A DNA stretch of 64,000 bases from Micavibrio sp. (GCA_044238965.1 JBIICJ010000001.1:2089-66088); one strand, 5' to 3'; counted from the stretch's first letter, positions 10,078 to 20,282 are shown. The notes: a model not told the origin generated them from the sequence alone. Translations and numbers: made by a program.

Positions 10078-10106
10078 TTGACCTGCATGTAAATTCTTGT
10101 TACTAT
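10078..10106 (+). promoter_or_regulatory. Putative sigma70-type promoter for the flaG-like gene
   Basis: TTGACC (10078-10083), 17-nt spacer, TACTAT (10101-10106). This would give a leader of about 115 nt that contains a 9-bp hairpin (10118-10147). Confidence 0.4.
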
Positions 10107-10226
10107 GATAGTAGGGTAGTGCGTCCGAATTATATTTAGGGCGTACTTGGGAATAAAAACAATATAGGGAAACCGCTTTGAGGAGCCTTTGGGAAAAGGG
10201 GTGAACTCAATCGGGTGGGATAAAAA

Positions 10227-10706
10227 ATGATCGAAGCTGCTACTGCTTCTGTATCGAACTCACAAATCATCCGCAGCGCTGTGGAGCAATCCTCTTCGGC
10301 ACAAACAATTGCGGCAAATCCAACACGCATTCAAAAAGTGGCGGTATCTAACGCACCGTATTTGTCACCTTATGTTCGTTTAAGTCCTGGCACAAAACCA
10401 ATTTTGGTTGTGCGGGATTCTGACACGGGGACTCAGGTCAATCAATATCCAACGCCAGCACAAATTCGTGCATATCAGACTGCGGCATCAACACAAGCTA
10501 AAATATCAGCATCATCTGCTCCACAAGGGTCAGTGAGTGATGTAAAACAAGTATCATATGACGAAGCGAAGGCTGTGTTACAAAATTCAGTTCAATATCA
10601 AGAAATTAAAAAAGAAGTTGCGCGCTCGGCCTCATCAGAACCAGCGCCAGAGCCTGAACCACCACAACCAGCACCACAACCTATATCTGTGTCGGTTGAC
10701 GCGTAA
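10227..10706 (+). CDS. FlaG-like flagellar protein
   Basis: PILVVRDSDTGTQVNQYPTPAQIRAY resembles the FlaG core (v.v.D..TGevirqiP.e). The protein has a Ser/Ala-rich N-terminus and a Pro-rich tail, and it sits in a flagellar context. Confidence 0.5.
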   Translation: MIEAATASVSNSQIIRSAVEQSSSAQTIAANPTRIQKVAVSNAPYLSPYVRLSPGTKPILVVRDSDTGTQVNQYPTPAQIRAYQTAASTQAKISASSAPQGSVSDVKQVSYDEAKAVLQNSVQYQEIKKEVARSASSEPAPEPEPPQPAPQPISVSVDA

Positions 10707-12069
10707 TTCCATTTTCATTGTTATGTCGCAATTGTAATGCGCGTGCTGTTTGCGCGCGCAATTGGCCATTATGCAGATCAAGATAATAAGCATCAGGGCT
10801 TAGGTATGAAATATATTCACGAAATTTTGCAAATGTATCAGCTTTTTCATCATCGGGGAGTGCTGTAAACGAATTTCCTAATTTATAATGCAAACGAATG
10901 ATAACATGATCGGGAAATAATTTTTGTAAAATATGTGTTTGTAATTTTGTTGAACCATTGGGCTCATCACCATGACCCATTAATGACTCGCGATAATGGA
11001 ATTCCCCATCAAATTCGATGATCACGGGTTGGTTGCCGATAATATAATGCCCATCGACTTCACGCTGTAGACGGCCTACGTGATTGGTAATATTATCACG
11101 TTTTAAATTCGTTCTATCTTCACGCGTAAGGCCATATTCACGAAAATCACGCATAAATTTATATTCACTATGGGATGAATGATCAGAGTTGGCGTATTTA
11201 GTATCCATACTCTCAGTTTCAAGAAGAATGGCAGTCATATTAAATATCTGACTTAATTCAATATTATTTTTAGTATAAGGTTTTAAATCATCTAATAAAT
11301 AACAATATGAATTATATAGTGAGGCATTCATTTCAATACCGCCATCATGGGCAAATGCAAATTGCGCTGTTACTGACCATAGTAAGCTATTTCTATCTCT
11401 TGGAAATAATTTTTCTATATATAATGGATATATTTGTTTTAAAGGATCCATCAATTCTGTGTTCGCAATCGATAATCCCGCCCGTGAGATACTGTGAATT
11501 AAATAGATATACTTCACCAAATCGCGATGTGATTGAATCTCAATTTTCGGTATATTTTCTAGCAATTCATAAGGGGGCATTAATCGTAAGCCGCGATAGA
11601 CGCGCAAAAGATTATCTGTATCGTCTGGCGTTACGTCTTCTTTTAATATAAGTAATCGTTCTGATAAAATACGACGTATGTTGTTCGTTTCAAAAAGTGA
11701 TTGCCCTAAATATTGGGAATTGATGCTCAGAAAATCTAACGGCGCATTCGATAAAAAATCTTTGATATCTCTTTTGTGAGCATCCCAGAAATCTTCAAAT
11801 AATCCAGCATGTCTTTTTAATTTTGAGCTTTTGCTGCGTATGGCTTCGGATGCGCACAGCCATAAAAAACTAATCACACGAGGCGATGATGTGGCGGCCG
11901 ATAATGATGTCAGGTTGTCACATAATTGAGTGGGGTAGAAACCACTTTTGTCAGCGGCACTACACTTTAATAAAGAGGCGAGCTCATTATAGCGTAATGT
12001 GTCTAAATCTGCGCCACCATAAGGGGCGTCAACAGATGGCTGTTCTGGTTCTGGTTGAAACGCATTCAT
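10681..12069 (-). CDS. Hypothetical protein: helical N-terminal region plus C-terminal RAP / DUF559 (Vsr-like PD-(D/E)XK) type domain
   Basis: 462-aa ORF in visibly AT-rich DNA. The C-terminus reads REVDGHYIIGNQPVIIEFDGEFHYRE...GSTKLQTHILQKLFPDHVIIRLHY...DDEKADTFAKFREYI. The function call is by motif resemblance only. Confidence 0.6.
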   Translation of the reverse strand: MNAFQPEPEQPSVDAPYGGADLDTLRYNELASLLKCSAADKSGFYPTQLCDNLTSLSAATSSPRVISFLWLCASEAIRSKSSKLKRHAGLFEDFWDAHKRDIKDFLSNAPLDFLSINSQYLGQSLFETNNIRRILSERLLILKEDVTPDDTDNLLRVYRGLRLMPPYELLENIPKIEIQSHRDLVKYIYLIHSISRAGLSIANTELMDPLKQIYPLYIEKLFPRDRNSLLWSVTAQFAFAHDGGIEMNASLYNSYCYLLDDLKPYTKNNIELSQIFNMTAILLETESMDTKYANSDHSSHSEYKFMRDFREYGLTREDRTNLKRDNITNHVGRLQREVDGHYIIGNQPVIIEFDGEFHYRESLMGHGDEPNGSTKLQTHILQKLFPDHVIIRLHYKLGNSFTALPDDEKADTFAKFREYISYLSPDAYYLDLHNGQLRAQTARALQLRHNNENGITRQPTQI

Positions 12070-12327
12070 TTTTTAAACCTAACAATAAATAGACTTGTAT
12101 ATATCCAATAAAAGAGGGGGAACATTAGCACAAGCTTTAATATTATGTCAAAAGTTAACGGTGAGATCGCATACTTATATTATTCCCCTTGCCGCGCTCT
12201 TGTCATTCTGGGGTATGGGCTTTACAATTTCTTTAACTTTCTTCGTTCATGATCGCCATATTACATTAATAGGGTGCGATCCCTCGCACCTTCATTATCA
12301 TCATACTTTACTTTCAAGGATTTAGAC

Positions 12328-15000
12328 ATGACACGCGCTGGACACGATACGTTAAAAACACGCAAAACCCTTACCGTTGATGGGAAATCATATGATTATT
12401 TCTCAATTCCTGAGGCGGTGAAAACAATCGGCGATGTGTCACGACTTCCTTATTCTTTAAAAGTATTGCTTGAAAATCTTCTTCGTTTCGAAGATGGACG
12501 CTCGGTCACGGTTGACGATGTAAAGGCGATTAAGGCGTGGCTTGATAATAAAAAATCGGATCATGAAATTGCTTATCGTCCTGCGCGCGTGTTGATGCAA
12601 GATTTTACGGGCGTTCCTGCGGTGGTTGATTTGGCGGCGATGCGCGCCGCGATGAAATCATTGGGCGGTGATGCACAAAAAATTAATCCGCTAACGGCGG
12701 TTGATTTGGTCATCGACCATTCGGTGATGGTGGATGAATTTGGCACGCCTCAATCATTTCAAAAAAATGTTGATTTAGAATTTGAACGCAACGGCGAACG
12801 TTATGCTTTTTTGCGCTGGGGTCAAAATGCGTTTCGTAATTTCCGCGTTGTGCCACCAGGCACAGGCATTTGCCACCAAGTCAACGTTGAATATTTAGCG
12901 CAAACCGTATGGGTCGAGGAAGATGAAGATCGCAAAGGTGTCAACATTGCTTATCCCGATACATTGGTTGGAACAGATTCGCATACAACCATGGTGAATG
13001 GGTTGGGCGTTTTGGGTTGGGGTGTTGGCGGTATCGAAGCCGAGGCCGCGATGTTGGGGCAACCTGTATCGATGCTCATTCCCGAAGTGATTGGTTTTAA
13101 ACTCACGGGCAAAATGAAGGAAGGTAACACCGCAACCGATTTGGTGTTGACTGTTACGCAAATGCTTCGTGCCAAAGGCGTTGTAAACAAATTCGTTGAA
13201 TTTTATGGCGACGGTTTAGATCATTTATCATTGGCGGATCGTTCGACCATTGCCAATATGGCGCCTGAATATGGTGCGACATGTGGCTTCTTCCCGATTG
13301 ACGAAGAAACAATTCGTTACTTGAATTTCACAGGTCGTGATCCACATCGCGTGCGCATGGTTGAAGAATATGCCAAGGCACAAGGTATGTGGCGCGTCAA
13401 AGGTGCGGCGGATCCTGTATTCACCGATTCACTAGAATTAAATTTGAGTGATGTTGAACCATCACTCGCGGGGCCAAAACGTCCGCAAGATCGCGTGCCA
13501 TTATCAAAAGCAGTTGATTCCATCAAATCGATGGTACCAACCATTCGCGCGCAGGCGGTTGATGGCCATGATTATAAATTAGAGGATGGTGCCGTTGTCC
13601 TTGCGGCAATTACATCATGTACAAACACATCAAACCCATCTGTGTTGGTTGCGGCGGGATTGCTCGCACGTAATGCGGTCAAACGCGGTTTGAAAACCAA
13701 GCCATGGGTAAAAACATCACTCGCGCCTGGATCGCAAGTTGTAACCGATTATTTATTAAAAGCAGATCTACAAAAAGATTTGGATGCGCTCGGGTTTAAT
13801 CTTGTGGGTTATGGATGTACCACCTGTATCGGTAACTCTGGTCCATTGCCCGATCATATTTCAAAGGCGGTTGAGGCAGGCGATTTAACCGTTGCGGCTG
13901 TATTATCAGGTAACCGCAATTTCGAAGGGCGCGTGAACCCACAAACCAAAGCGAATTATCTGGCATCGCCGCCATTATGTGTGGCCTATGCTTTGGCGGG
14001 GAATATGCATGTGAATTTATTGACCGATTCGTTGGGCAATGATCAAAACGGCAATCCCGTTTATTTGAAAGATATCTGGCCATCAAACAAAGATATTTCT
14101 GACATGGTTGATCAATGTTTGACATCCGAAATGTTCAAATCGCGTTATGCCGATGTGTTCAAAGGCCCTGAACAATGGCAAAAAATTGGCGGCGCAGGCA
14201 AGTCAGAAACCTATGCATGGGATGATAAATCCACATACGTCAAAAATCCGCCTTATTTTGTCGGCATGACAAAAACACCGTCGGCTGTGTCAGATGTGAA
14301 AGACGCTAGTATCTTGGCATTGTTGGGTGATTCTATCACAACCGATCATATTTCACCCGCAGGTTCGATTAAAAAAGCATCGCCCGCAGGTGAATATTTA
14401 ATGAAACATAATGTGCCTGTGGCTGATTTTAATTCATACGGTGCGCGTCGTGGTAACCACGAAATTATGATGCGTGGTACATTCGCCAATATTCGCATTA
14501 AAAATGAAATGCTTGATGGTATCGAAGGCGGAATGACCAAACACGTGCCAACGGGTGAAACCATGCCAATTTATGATGCGGCGATGAAATATATCGATGC
14601 GGGTACGCCACTCGTTATTTTCGCGGGCAAAGAATATGGTACGGGTTCATCACGTGACTGGGCAGCCAAAGGCACGCGTTTATTGGGCGTGAAGGCTGTC
14701 ATCGCTGAATCGTTTGAACGGATTCATAGATCAAATCTTGTCGGTATGGGATTATTACCATTGCAATTCAAAGATGGCATGACACGTAAATCATTGAATC
14801 TAATCGGTGATGAAGTGATTTCGATCACAGGCGTTGAGGCAGGTATCACACCACGCATGGATGTCACATTAACGATCAAGCGTAGCAATGGCGCGGTTGA
14901 AAATCACGCGCTTATGTGCCGCATTGATACGCTCGATGAAGTTGATTATTTCAAGAATGGTGGGATCTTGCATTACGTCTTGCGCGATCTTGCCAGTTGA
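12328..15000 (+). CDS. acnA: Aconitate hydratase A
   Basis: 890 aa counted from the ATG at 12328, with SD AAGGA 7 nt upstream. Contains [34 protein letters not shown] and [10 protein letters not shown], which carry the Fe-S cluster ligands. Confidence 0.95.
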   Translation: MTRAGHDTLKTRKTLTVDGKSYDYFSIPEAVKTIGDVSRLPYSLKVLLENLLRFEDGRSVTVDDVKAIKAWLDNKKSDHEIAYRPARVLMQDFTGVPAVVDLAAMRAAMKSLGGDAQKINPLTAVDLVIDHSVMVDEFGTPQSFQKNVDLEFERNGERYAFLRWGQNAFRNFRVVPPGTGICHQVNVEYLAQTVWVEEDEDRKGVNIAYPDTLVGTDSHTTMVNGLGVLGWGVGGIEAEAAMLGQPVSMLIPEVIGFKLTGKMKEGNTATDLVLTVTQMLRAKGVVNKFVEFYGDGLDHLSLADRSTIANMAPEYGATCGFFPIDEETIRYLNFTGRDPHRVRMVEEYAKAQGMWRVKGAADPVFTDSLELNLSDVEPSLAGPKRPQDRVPLSKAVDSIKSMVPTIRAQAVDGHDYKLEDGAVVLAAITSCTNTSNPSVLVAAGLLARNAVKRGLKTKPWVKTSLAPGSQVVTDYLLKADLQKDLDALGFNLVGYGCTTCIGNSGPLPDHISKAVEAGDLTVAAVLSGNRNFEGRVNPQTKANYLASPPLCVAYALAGNMHVNLLTDSLGNDQNGNPVYLKDIWPSNKDISDMVDQCLTSEMFKSRYADVFKGPEQWQKIGGAGKSETYAWDDKSTYVKNPPYFVGMTKTPSAVSDVKDASILALLGDSITTDHISPAGSIKKASPAGEYLMKHNVPVADFNSYGARRGNHEIMMRGTFANIRIKNEMLDGIEGGMTKHVPTGETMPIYDAAMKYIDAGTPLVIFAGKEYGTGSSRDWAAKGTRLLGVKAVIAESFERIHRSNLVGMGLLPLQFKDGMTRKSLNLIGDEVISITGVEAGITPRMDVTLTIKRSNGAVENHALMCRIDTLDEVDYFKNGGILHYVLRDLAS

Positions 15001-15031
15001 GGTATAAATTATTTAAACATGATTCAAATGA

Positions 15032-15066
15032 AAAGGGTGGAAGCAATTCCGCCCTTTTTATTTTGC
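15032..15066. terminator. Bidirectional intrinsic terminator between acnA and flaF
   Basis: AAAGGGTGGAA-gcaa-TTCCGCCCTTT forms an 11-bp stem with one G-U pair. It is followed by TTTTATTTT and preceded by an A-run. The flaF stop codon lies within the T-tract. Confidence 0.6.
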
Positions 15067-15513
15067 CATTAATCCTGCGGCAATCTCACGGTTAATGGTA
15101 ATCAGTGCCGTCAATTTATCCGCCGATGGTTTGGTCAAAATATCCAATGATCGTTTGAATACAAAATTGGCGAGGGTGATGATATTTTGCGGCAAACTAC
15201 GCGCGATATCTTTATCATCTTGTTTTGATGCATGTTCAAAAAATGCCAGCCAAATATGGCGATTAATTTTTAAACAAACCTCAATTTCCGAAGGTTTTAA
15301 ATGATCCCACCGCGATTGGATATCTTGCAGGAAACGGGCGGATTTCAGAAGGGCGCGCGCTTCAACATCGCGCGGGCGATCTTCGATATGTTTTGTATGG
15401 CGTAAATATTGTTTGGATGCGGATTTATAGGCAGATGGTTTTACGCCTGCCTGTGATGTATTTTGCGAAGGTTTAGTTGGTTGTTGGCTCGCTTTGTTGG
15501 GGGCTGTGCTCAT
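15058..15513 (-). CDS. flaF: Flagellin synthesis regulator FlaF
   Basis: RDVEARALLKSARFLQDIQSRWD and CLKINRHIWLAFF match the FlaF family. The gene is paired with flbT and the two overlap by 41 nt. Confidence 0.8.
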   Translation of the reverse strand: MSTAPNKASQQPTKPSQNTSQAGVKPSAYKSASKQYLRHTKHIEDRPRDVEARALLKSARFLQDIQSRWDHLKPSEIEVCLKINRHIWLAFFEHASKQDDKDIARSLPQNIITLANFVFKRSLDILTKPSADKLTALITINREIAAGLMAK

Positions 15514-15901
15514 TGAGGTCTATTCCTTCTAATAACTCGGTTTCATGCGCTATGAGATCCTTCGCTTCGCGCAAGGCTTTATAATAATGACCCCCGATAA
15601 TTTGTTCATTGATCCGCAAGAAATGAATTTTTGTCGATGGTGCCGCCTGTTGAATCAATTTCAACATTTCAAAATATTTCGGATGATAATCAAGTGGGTT
15701 ACGCGCCAAATACATACATTGCACGAGAAAGTAAACTTTCTTACATGGCGTATTGGCTTCGTGTTCCTGCAACACATCTTTTTCACGCAAAATAGGGGCT
15801 TCCCCCGAAATGTGCAAACGTGTGCGTTGATCATCATTCGTAATCACGGCGGTGCCGATTAAAATTTTCTCTCCTGGTTTTAAATCAATGACGAGTGCCA
15901 T
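15473..15901 (-). CDS. flbT: Flagellin translational repressor FlbT
   Basis: The N-terminus MALVIDLKPGEKILIGTAVITNDDQRTRLHISGEAPILREKDV is the characteristic FlbT signature. Confidence 0.85.
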   Translation of the reverse strand: MALVIDLKPGEKILIGTAVITNDDQRTRLHISGEAPILREKDVLQEHEANTPCKKVYFLVQCMYLARNPLDYHPKYFEMLKLIQQAAPSTKIHFLRINEQIIGGHYYKALREAKDLIAHETELLEGIDLNEHSPQQSEPTTN

Positions 15902-15956
15902 TTTGATCTCCTTTATAATACGGTGTGTGGGCCCAAATGGGGCGACAAAATAGGGG

Positions 15957-16649
15957 TTAGAATTGGTTTAAAATTTGCCTTTGGGCGTCGCTGGCAAGGT
16001 TTGAATCATCTTCGCTTAATTGTTGACGGACCTGCAGGGCTAATAAATTGGCGGCTTCATCCTTCATCACGCTAGGGGCGGGCGCTGAACCATCATCGGT
16101 TAATAAATTAGCCATGGTTTCGCGCGAAAATTCTTCACGTCCCTGCAATAAAAATAAATCAGACGTAATAATATGCCGCAAAGTCGTGGCGATATCGATC
16201 GCATTCATGACATCAATGCGACAATCTTGTACCTTTTCAATGGTTGTAAAATTTACAGGGCGGAATTCTAACGCGGTTGTGGTTAAATTAATCCCGCGCG
16301 TTTCTAATTGACTACGGCCCTCAATATCAAAATTGATAAATAAACTCTCGCCTTTGAGTAAATTAATATTTTTAACGCTGGCTTTTTCAACAGCATCATC
16401 AATTTTCTTTAAAACATTACGATAACGTTCTTCTAATTCTTCGATACGGGCTTTGTTACCTTCGTACCCCGCGCTGGTTTTTAATGTGTCGCGCGCACGC
16501 ACGCTAATGCCGCCCGCCTCTTCAATGGCGGCGATAATATCATCAACGAAAATGCGGCTTGCATTTAAAACGCCAATACCATTCTCAAACCCATCGAGAA
16601 GGGTTTTAAGGTCATTAATCGTGAGAATATGGGGCTCTTTTTTTGACAT
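15957..16649 (-). CDS. Atypical flagellin-family protein (flagellin-like C-terminus, divergent N-terminus)
   Basis: The C-terminal stretch RIDVMNAIDIATTLRHIITSDLFLLQGREEFSRETMANL...EAANLLALQVRQQL...ILNQF resembles flagellin D1/D0-C. The mid region INLLKGESLFINF resembles flagellin N-D1. There is no canonical N-terminal D0 segment. Confidence 0.5.
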   Translation of the reverse strand: MSKKEPHILTINDLKTLLDGFENGIGVLNASRIFVDDIIAAIEEAGGISVRARDTLKTSAGYEGNKARIEELEERYRNVLKKIDDAVEKASVKNINLLKGESLFINFDIEGRSQLETRGINLTTTALEFRPVNFTTIEKVQDCRIDVMNAIDIATTLRHIITSDLFLLQGREEFSRETMANLLTDDGSAPAPSVMKDEAANLLALQVRQQLSEDDSNLASDAQRQILNQF

Positions 16650-16746
16650 TGGAATCCTTTCTGGATCGGCTCTTGAGTCACATTCTGTGCTCTCTTATAC
16701 TACAATTCTAACGGTAAAGAAATTGTTAAACCCTAAAAATATAGGC

Positions 16747-18204
16747 TTAAACGCGGGCGTTATAACGGGTTAAACCATGGCTATCGACATATAAATCTAA
16801 ATGACCATTTGCCAATTGATCCATTTCAGTCATCAAATCAGATTTCTCAGTCCCGTTGAATGAAGGGGTGCGGTCATCTGATTTGCCGTGAGAAGTATGT
16901 TCATTCATCGCGTGTTCAAAGGCGCCTTGGTTATGTTCAAAGCTGAGTGATACATTCTCGCTCTTGATCCCAGCTTGGTTCAACGCATTTTCCAATGCCT
17001 GTTGATCGCGCAGGAACATATTCATCGTATCGGCTTTTTCAACCACAAGGTGAACTTTTAAGGGATCACCTTTTTTATATTCCATACGCACATCCATACG
17101 TCCCAATTCGGCAGGATCAAGGCGAAGCGAAATTGATTGCGCGCCAGTTTTTTCATCCTTCACATATTTGTCAATCACGGCAGCAACGGCTTGCGCCGCA
17201 CCTTGCGGAAGATTTACAAATGGATTTTGTCCTGTCATCGCGGGGGTTGAATTATGTTGCCCTGATGCAATTGTACCCGCAATGGTCAATCCTAAATTTG
17301 ATGATGTTGGTGCTGTTCCGTTTGTTGATAATGCACTAACCAATACATCATCAAACGAGATTGTTGTTGTACTTGCCGTATTATCATCTGCACTCTGTGT
17401 TGTCGTTTCTGATTTAATCTGTGCAACAGCTTCGGGAAGGTCAGCATCGGCGGCATCTGCAGTTTCTGCCATGGCATATAAATTTAATTCAGTTGATTTT
17501 TCAAGGCGAATATCAATGCCTTTGGCGACTCCGTTTACAGGTTTTGTTTGCAAATTTGCCATTAATGACGCGATAGCTTCAGGTTTTGATAATAAAGTCG
17601 GATCAGTGTTCAAAGCATTTTGAATGGCAACCTTATTGGCCTCAGATGGTACAACGCGCAGGCCAGCCGTCTCAAGAGTATCGGTGCGGTTTAATGCATC
17701 AATTAAACGTTTCATATCTGATGATGATAATGTGGATGCTGCGCTTACAGGCGTTTCGGCACTGGTGGTTGTGGGTTCTGTTGTTGCTAACTGAGGCGCA
17801 GATATAACATCATCCGTGGCTGTTGTGCTGTCGGCCGTTGTCATTTGTGGTGCAACAGTAGGAACAATGATGGGTGCTTCAGTCGATATATCAATCGCAT
17901 TCATTGTTTCAGCAGGTAATAATGATACACTGATTTGTGATGCCATTAAATCTGGGGCAGGTGTTACCACAACCGATGCCACAATCGGCGTTGCCATTGT
18001 TGATACTGTTTCTAATTCGGTTTCAAACGTTTTATCTTTTGATTTTGCTTTATCACCACCGCTGCAATCTTCACATTCTTGCGTGCGGTCTTTTTCTTTA
18101 CTGCGTGCTAATTTTTCATTTTCATCGCGATCATCTTGCTTCACAATTGGTTTTGTGTTTGAAACTGTAGGCGTTGAGATCAAAAGTGCAGATGATGCGG
18201 TCAT
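16747..18204 (-). CDS. fliK: Flagellar hook-length control protein FliK
   Basis: Thr/Ala/Ser-rich N-terminal half. The C-terminal Flg_hook-type domain reads ISLRLDPAELGRMDVRMEYKKGDPLKVHLVVEKADTMNMFLRDQQALENALNQAGI. Confidence 0.75.
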   Translation of the reverse strand: MTASSALLISTPTVSNTKPIVKQDDRDENEKLARSKEKDRTQECEDCSGGDKAKSKDKTFETELETVSTMATPIVASVVVTPAPDLMASQISVSLLPAETMNAIDISTEAPIIVPTVAPQMTTADSTTATDDVISAPQLATTEPTTTSAETPVSAASTLSSSDMKRLIDALNRTDTLETAGLRVVPSEANKVAIQNALNTDPTLLSKPEAIASLMANLQTKPVNGVAKGIDIRLEKSTELNLYAMAETADAADADLPEAVAQIKSETTTQSADDNTASTTTISFDDVLVSALSTNGTAPTSSNLGLTIAGTIASGQHNSTPAMTGQNPFVNLPQGAAQAVAAVIDKYVKDEKTGAQSISLRLDPAELGRMDVRMEYKKGDPLKVHLVVEKADTMNMFLRDQQALENALNQAGIKSENVSLSFEHNQGAFEHAMNEHTSHGKSDDRTPSFNGTEKSDLMTEMDQLANGHLDLYVDSHGLTRYNARV

Positions 18205-18226
18205 ACGATGTCCTTATAAAGCGAAT

Positions 18227-18697
18227 TTAGAATGATTCATTAATGGCGGTAGCTTGAACGCGCGTACTGCTATCGCTCAATGATCCGCGTGGGTTATATA
18301 ATGACTTGTCTTTTTCAATGGTGGCGCGTGCGGCCTCAATTAAACGGGTTTGCATACGACGTACCGATTCTACCATGCGCAATGACCATGCCATTGATTG
18401 TTCGGCGAGCACATCTAATTCTAATTGAAGTTTGATTAATTGTTCGCGCAAAGCAGGCGACGCGGTGCGAATAGCATCGCCCTTGGCTTTGACAGCTTTA
18501 AGGCCAATTTCAAAATTACGGGTCGCAATATCTTTGTCTGGTTGTAACGCCACAAAATCTTTTAAACGACGCGCAAGCATAGCTTGGTGTTCAGCTTCAT
18601 ATATTTTTTTTAATGTTGTCATCAACGCCAAAATCTCCGTGAGCATTTCATCAGGAGATCCATTTAGCAGGCGAGATGAAGAAGAGGTTGTTGTCAT
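18227..18697 (-). CDS. FlgN-like flagellar chaperone (tentative)
   Basis: 156 aa and all-helical in appearance. It sits between flgJ(N) and fliK and overlaps the flgJ stop by 4 nt. The call rests on position and general pattern only. Confidence 0.4.
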   Translation of the reverse strand: MTTTSSSSRLLNGSPDEMLTEILALMTTLKKIYEAEHQAMLARRLKDFVALQPDKDIATRNFEIGLKAVKAKGDAIRTASPALREQLIKLQLELDVLAEQSMAWSLRMVESVRRMQTRLIEAARATIEKDKSLYNPRGSLSDSSTRVQATAINESF

Positions 18698-19077
18698 ACG
18701 CTCATATCCGTTGTTGATAATGATGATACGGGCGGTGTGTCTGTTTGGGGCGCATACTTATAATTTTTGACTGCATCTTGGCCGTTGGCTACCAATTGTG
18801 CATGGATCAATTGGGCTTTGACATCTTCCGCCAAACCAATGCCGCCTTGCTTCGAAATCATCTTACCATATTCATTTAATTGGAAATCACGAAATACTTC
18901 CTCTCCCTTACCGCCACCAAAGAAAGGATCAACTTCCATCATTTCAAACATTGGCTTTAACATCTCGGTGATAAAGACAGCTTCGAAATCTTGGGCAGTT
19001 GCCTCAATCTTCTTCATCTCCTTGTCCGAGAGTGTCGCGGCTTGTTGTTGTGATGAAAGTGGAGCAAGTGTTGTCAT
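18694..19077 (-). CDS. flgJ: Rod-binding protein (FlgJ N-terminal domain only; CheL-like)
   Basis: AQDFEAVFITEMLKPMF matches the FlgJ rod-binding domain. No muramidase domain is present, and the gene lies directly downstream of flgI. Confidence 0.8.
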   Translation of the reverse strand: MTTLAPLSSQQQAATLSDKEMKKIEATAQDFEAVFITEMLKPMFEMMEVDPFFGGGKGEEVFRDFQLNEYGKMISKQGGIGLAEDVKAQLIHAQLVANGQDAVKNYKYAPQTDTPPVSSLSTTDMSV

Positions 19078-19079
19078 GA

Positions 19080-20252
19080 TTATAATGTCTCAATTTCTGC
19101 TTGAAGAGCGCCAGCGGCTTTGATCGCTTGCAAGATTGTGATGATATCACGCGGGCCAACCCCTAATTTGTTTAACCCTGTGACCAAATCTTGCAATGTT
19201 ACACCTGCTTCCATCACGGCTAATTTTGCATCACCGCTTTGGTTTACAGCAACATCGGTGCGGGGAACAACCACAGTTTCACCATTTTCGGCAAATGGAT
19301 TTGGTTGTGATACTTGCGGTGTTTCGGTCACTTTGATGGTGAGGTTACCTTGGGCAATGGCAACGGTGCTAATGCGAACATCGGCGCCCATTACAATCGT
19401 GCCTGAATTTTCATCAATCACCACTTTGGCAACTTGGTCAGGTTGTACAGGCAATTGTTCAATATCGGTGATGAGTTCAACAATACCGCCTGGATAACCA
19501 TCAGGTTTGCGCAATACAACGGTGCCATCATTTTGCGCGGATGCTAATTCACCATTCGTGAAACCATTGATCGCGCGGGCGATACGGCGCGCGGTGGTAA
19601 AATCAGGATTGCGCAATGATAAACGCACTTCGGGTAAATTGTTGAGATCAAAATCAATTTCTTTTTCAACAATCGCACCTTCGGCAATACGTCCACGTGT
19701 CGGTGTGTTTTGGGTGACAGATTGCGCAGACCCGCCAGCTGAGAAACCAGAAATAGCAATCGGGCCCTGCGCTACGGCATACACTTCACCATCGGCGGCC
19801 TTTAATGGCGTTACCAATAACGTACCGCCTTGTAATGATTTTGAATCGCCCAATGTGGATACAGTGATATCAATTTTTGAACCTTGGTTGGCGAATGCGG
19901 GTAAAGTGCTGGTCACCATTACGGCGGCAACGTTCCCAGTGTTTAAATTTTGACCGCGGATATTGACGCCCAAACGTTCCAACATGGCAGTGAGTGATTG
20001 ACCTGTGAATGGTGAATTATTTAATTTATCACCTGTGCCGTTTAATCCCACAACCAAACCGTAACCGATAAGCACGTTTTCACGAACGCCTTCGATATCG
20101 ACGATGTCTTTAATGCGTGTCGTACTTGCATTTGCGCTGACTGATGATCCGAACCAGATCAGTGAGAAAAAGAAGGATGCCCAGAGGAGTAAAATCCATC
20201 CTGTGCGTGAAAGTTTCTTAGTCTGTGTTTTATGCGTTGTCATGTTAACCAC
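19080..20252 (-). CDS. flgI: Flagellar P-ring protein FlgI
   Basis: Signal peptide followed by RIKDIVDIEGVRENVLIGYGLVVGLNGTGD. The C-terminus reads DIITILQAIKAAGALQAEIE. Confidence 0.95.
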   Translation of the reverse strand: MVNMTTHKTQTKKLSRTGWILLLWASFFFSLIWFGSSVSANASTTRIKDIVDIEGVRENVLIGYGLVVGLNGTGDKLNNSPFTGQSLTAMLERLGVNIRGQNLNTGNVAAVMVTSTLPAFANQGSKIDITVSTLGDSKSLQGGTLLVTPLKAADGEVYAVAQGPIAISGFSAGGSAQSVTQNTPTRGRIAEGAIVEKEIDFDLNNLPEVRLSLRNPDFTTARRIARAINGFTNGELASAQNDGTVVLRKPDGYPGGIVELITDIEQLPVQPDQVAKVVIDENSGTIVMGADVRISTVAIAQGNLTIKVTETPQVSQPNPFAENGETVVVPRTDVAVNQSGDAKLAVMEAGVTLQDLVTGLNKLGVGPRDIITILQAIKAAGALQAEIETL

Positions 20253-20282
20253 CCAAAGTTATATCTTTCCATGAAAGAACTA

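Noticed and set aside
12095-12325. 76-aa ORF (TTG start) in the gap between the RAP-like gene and acnA
   Set aside because: It uses a non-ATG start with no SD, runs through the acnA leader and hairpin into the acnA SD, and has odd His/Leu/Cys-rich composition.
16665-16670. GCCGAT on the minus strand (sigma28 -10-like) upstream of the flagellin-like gene
   Set aside because: There is no TAAA-type -35 element at the required 15-nt spacing, and no fliA or flgM is seen in the cluster.
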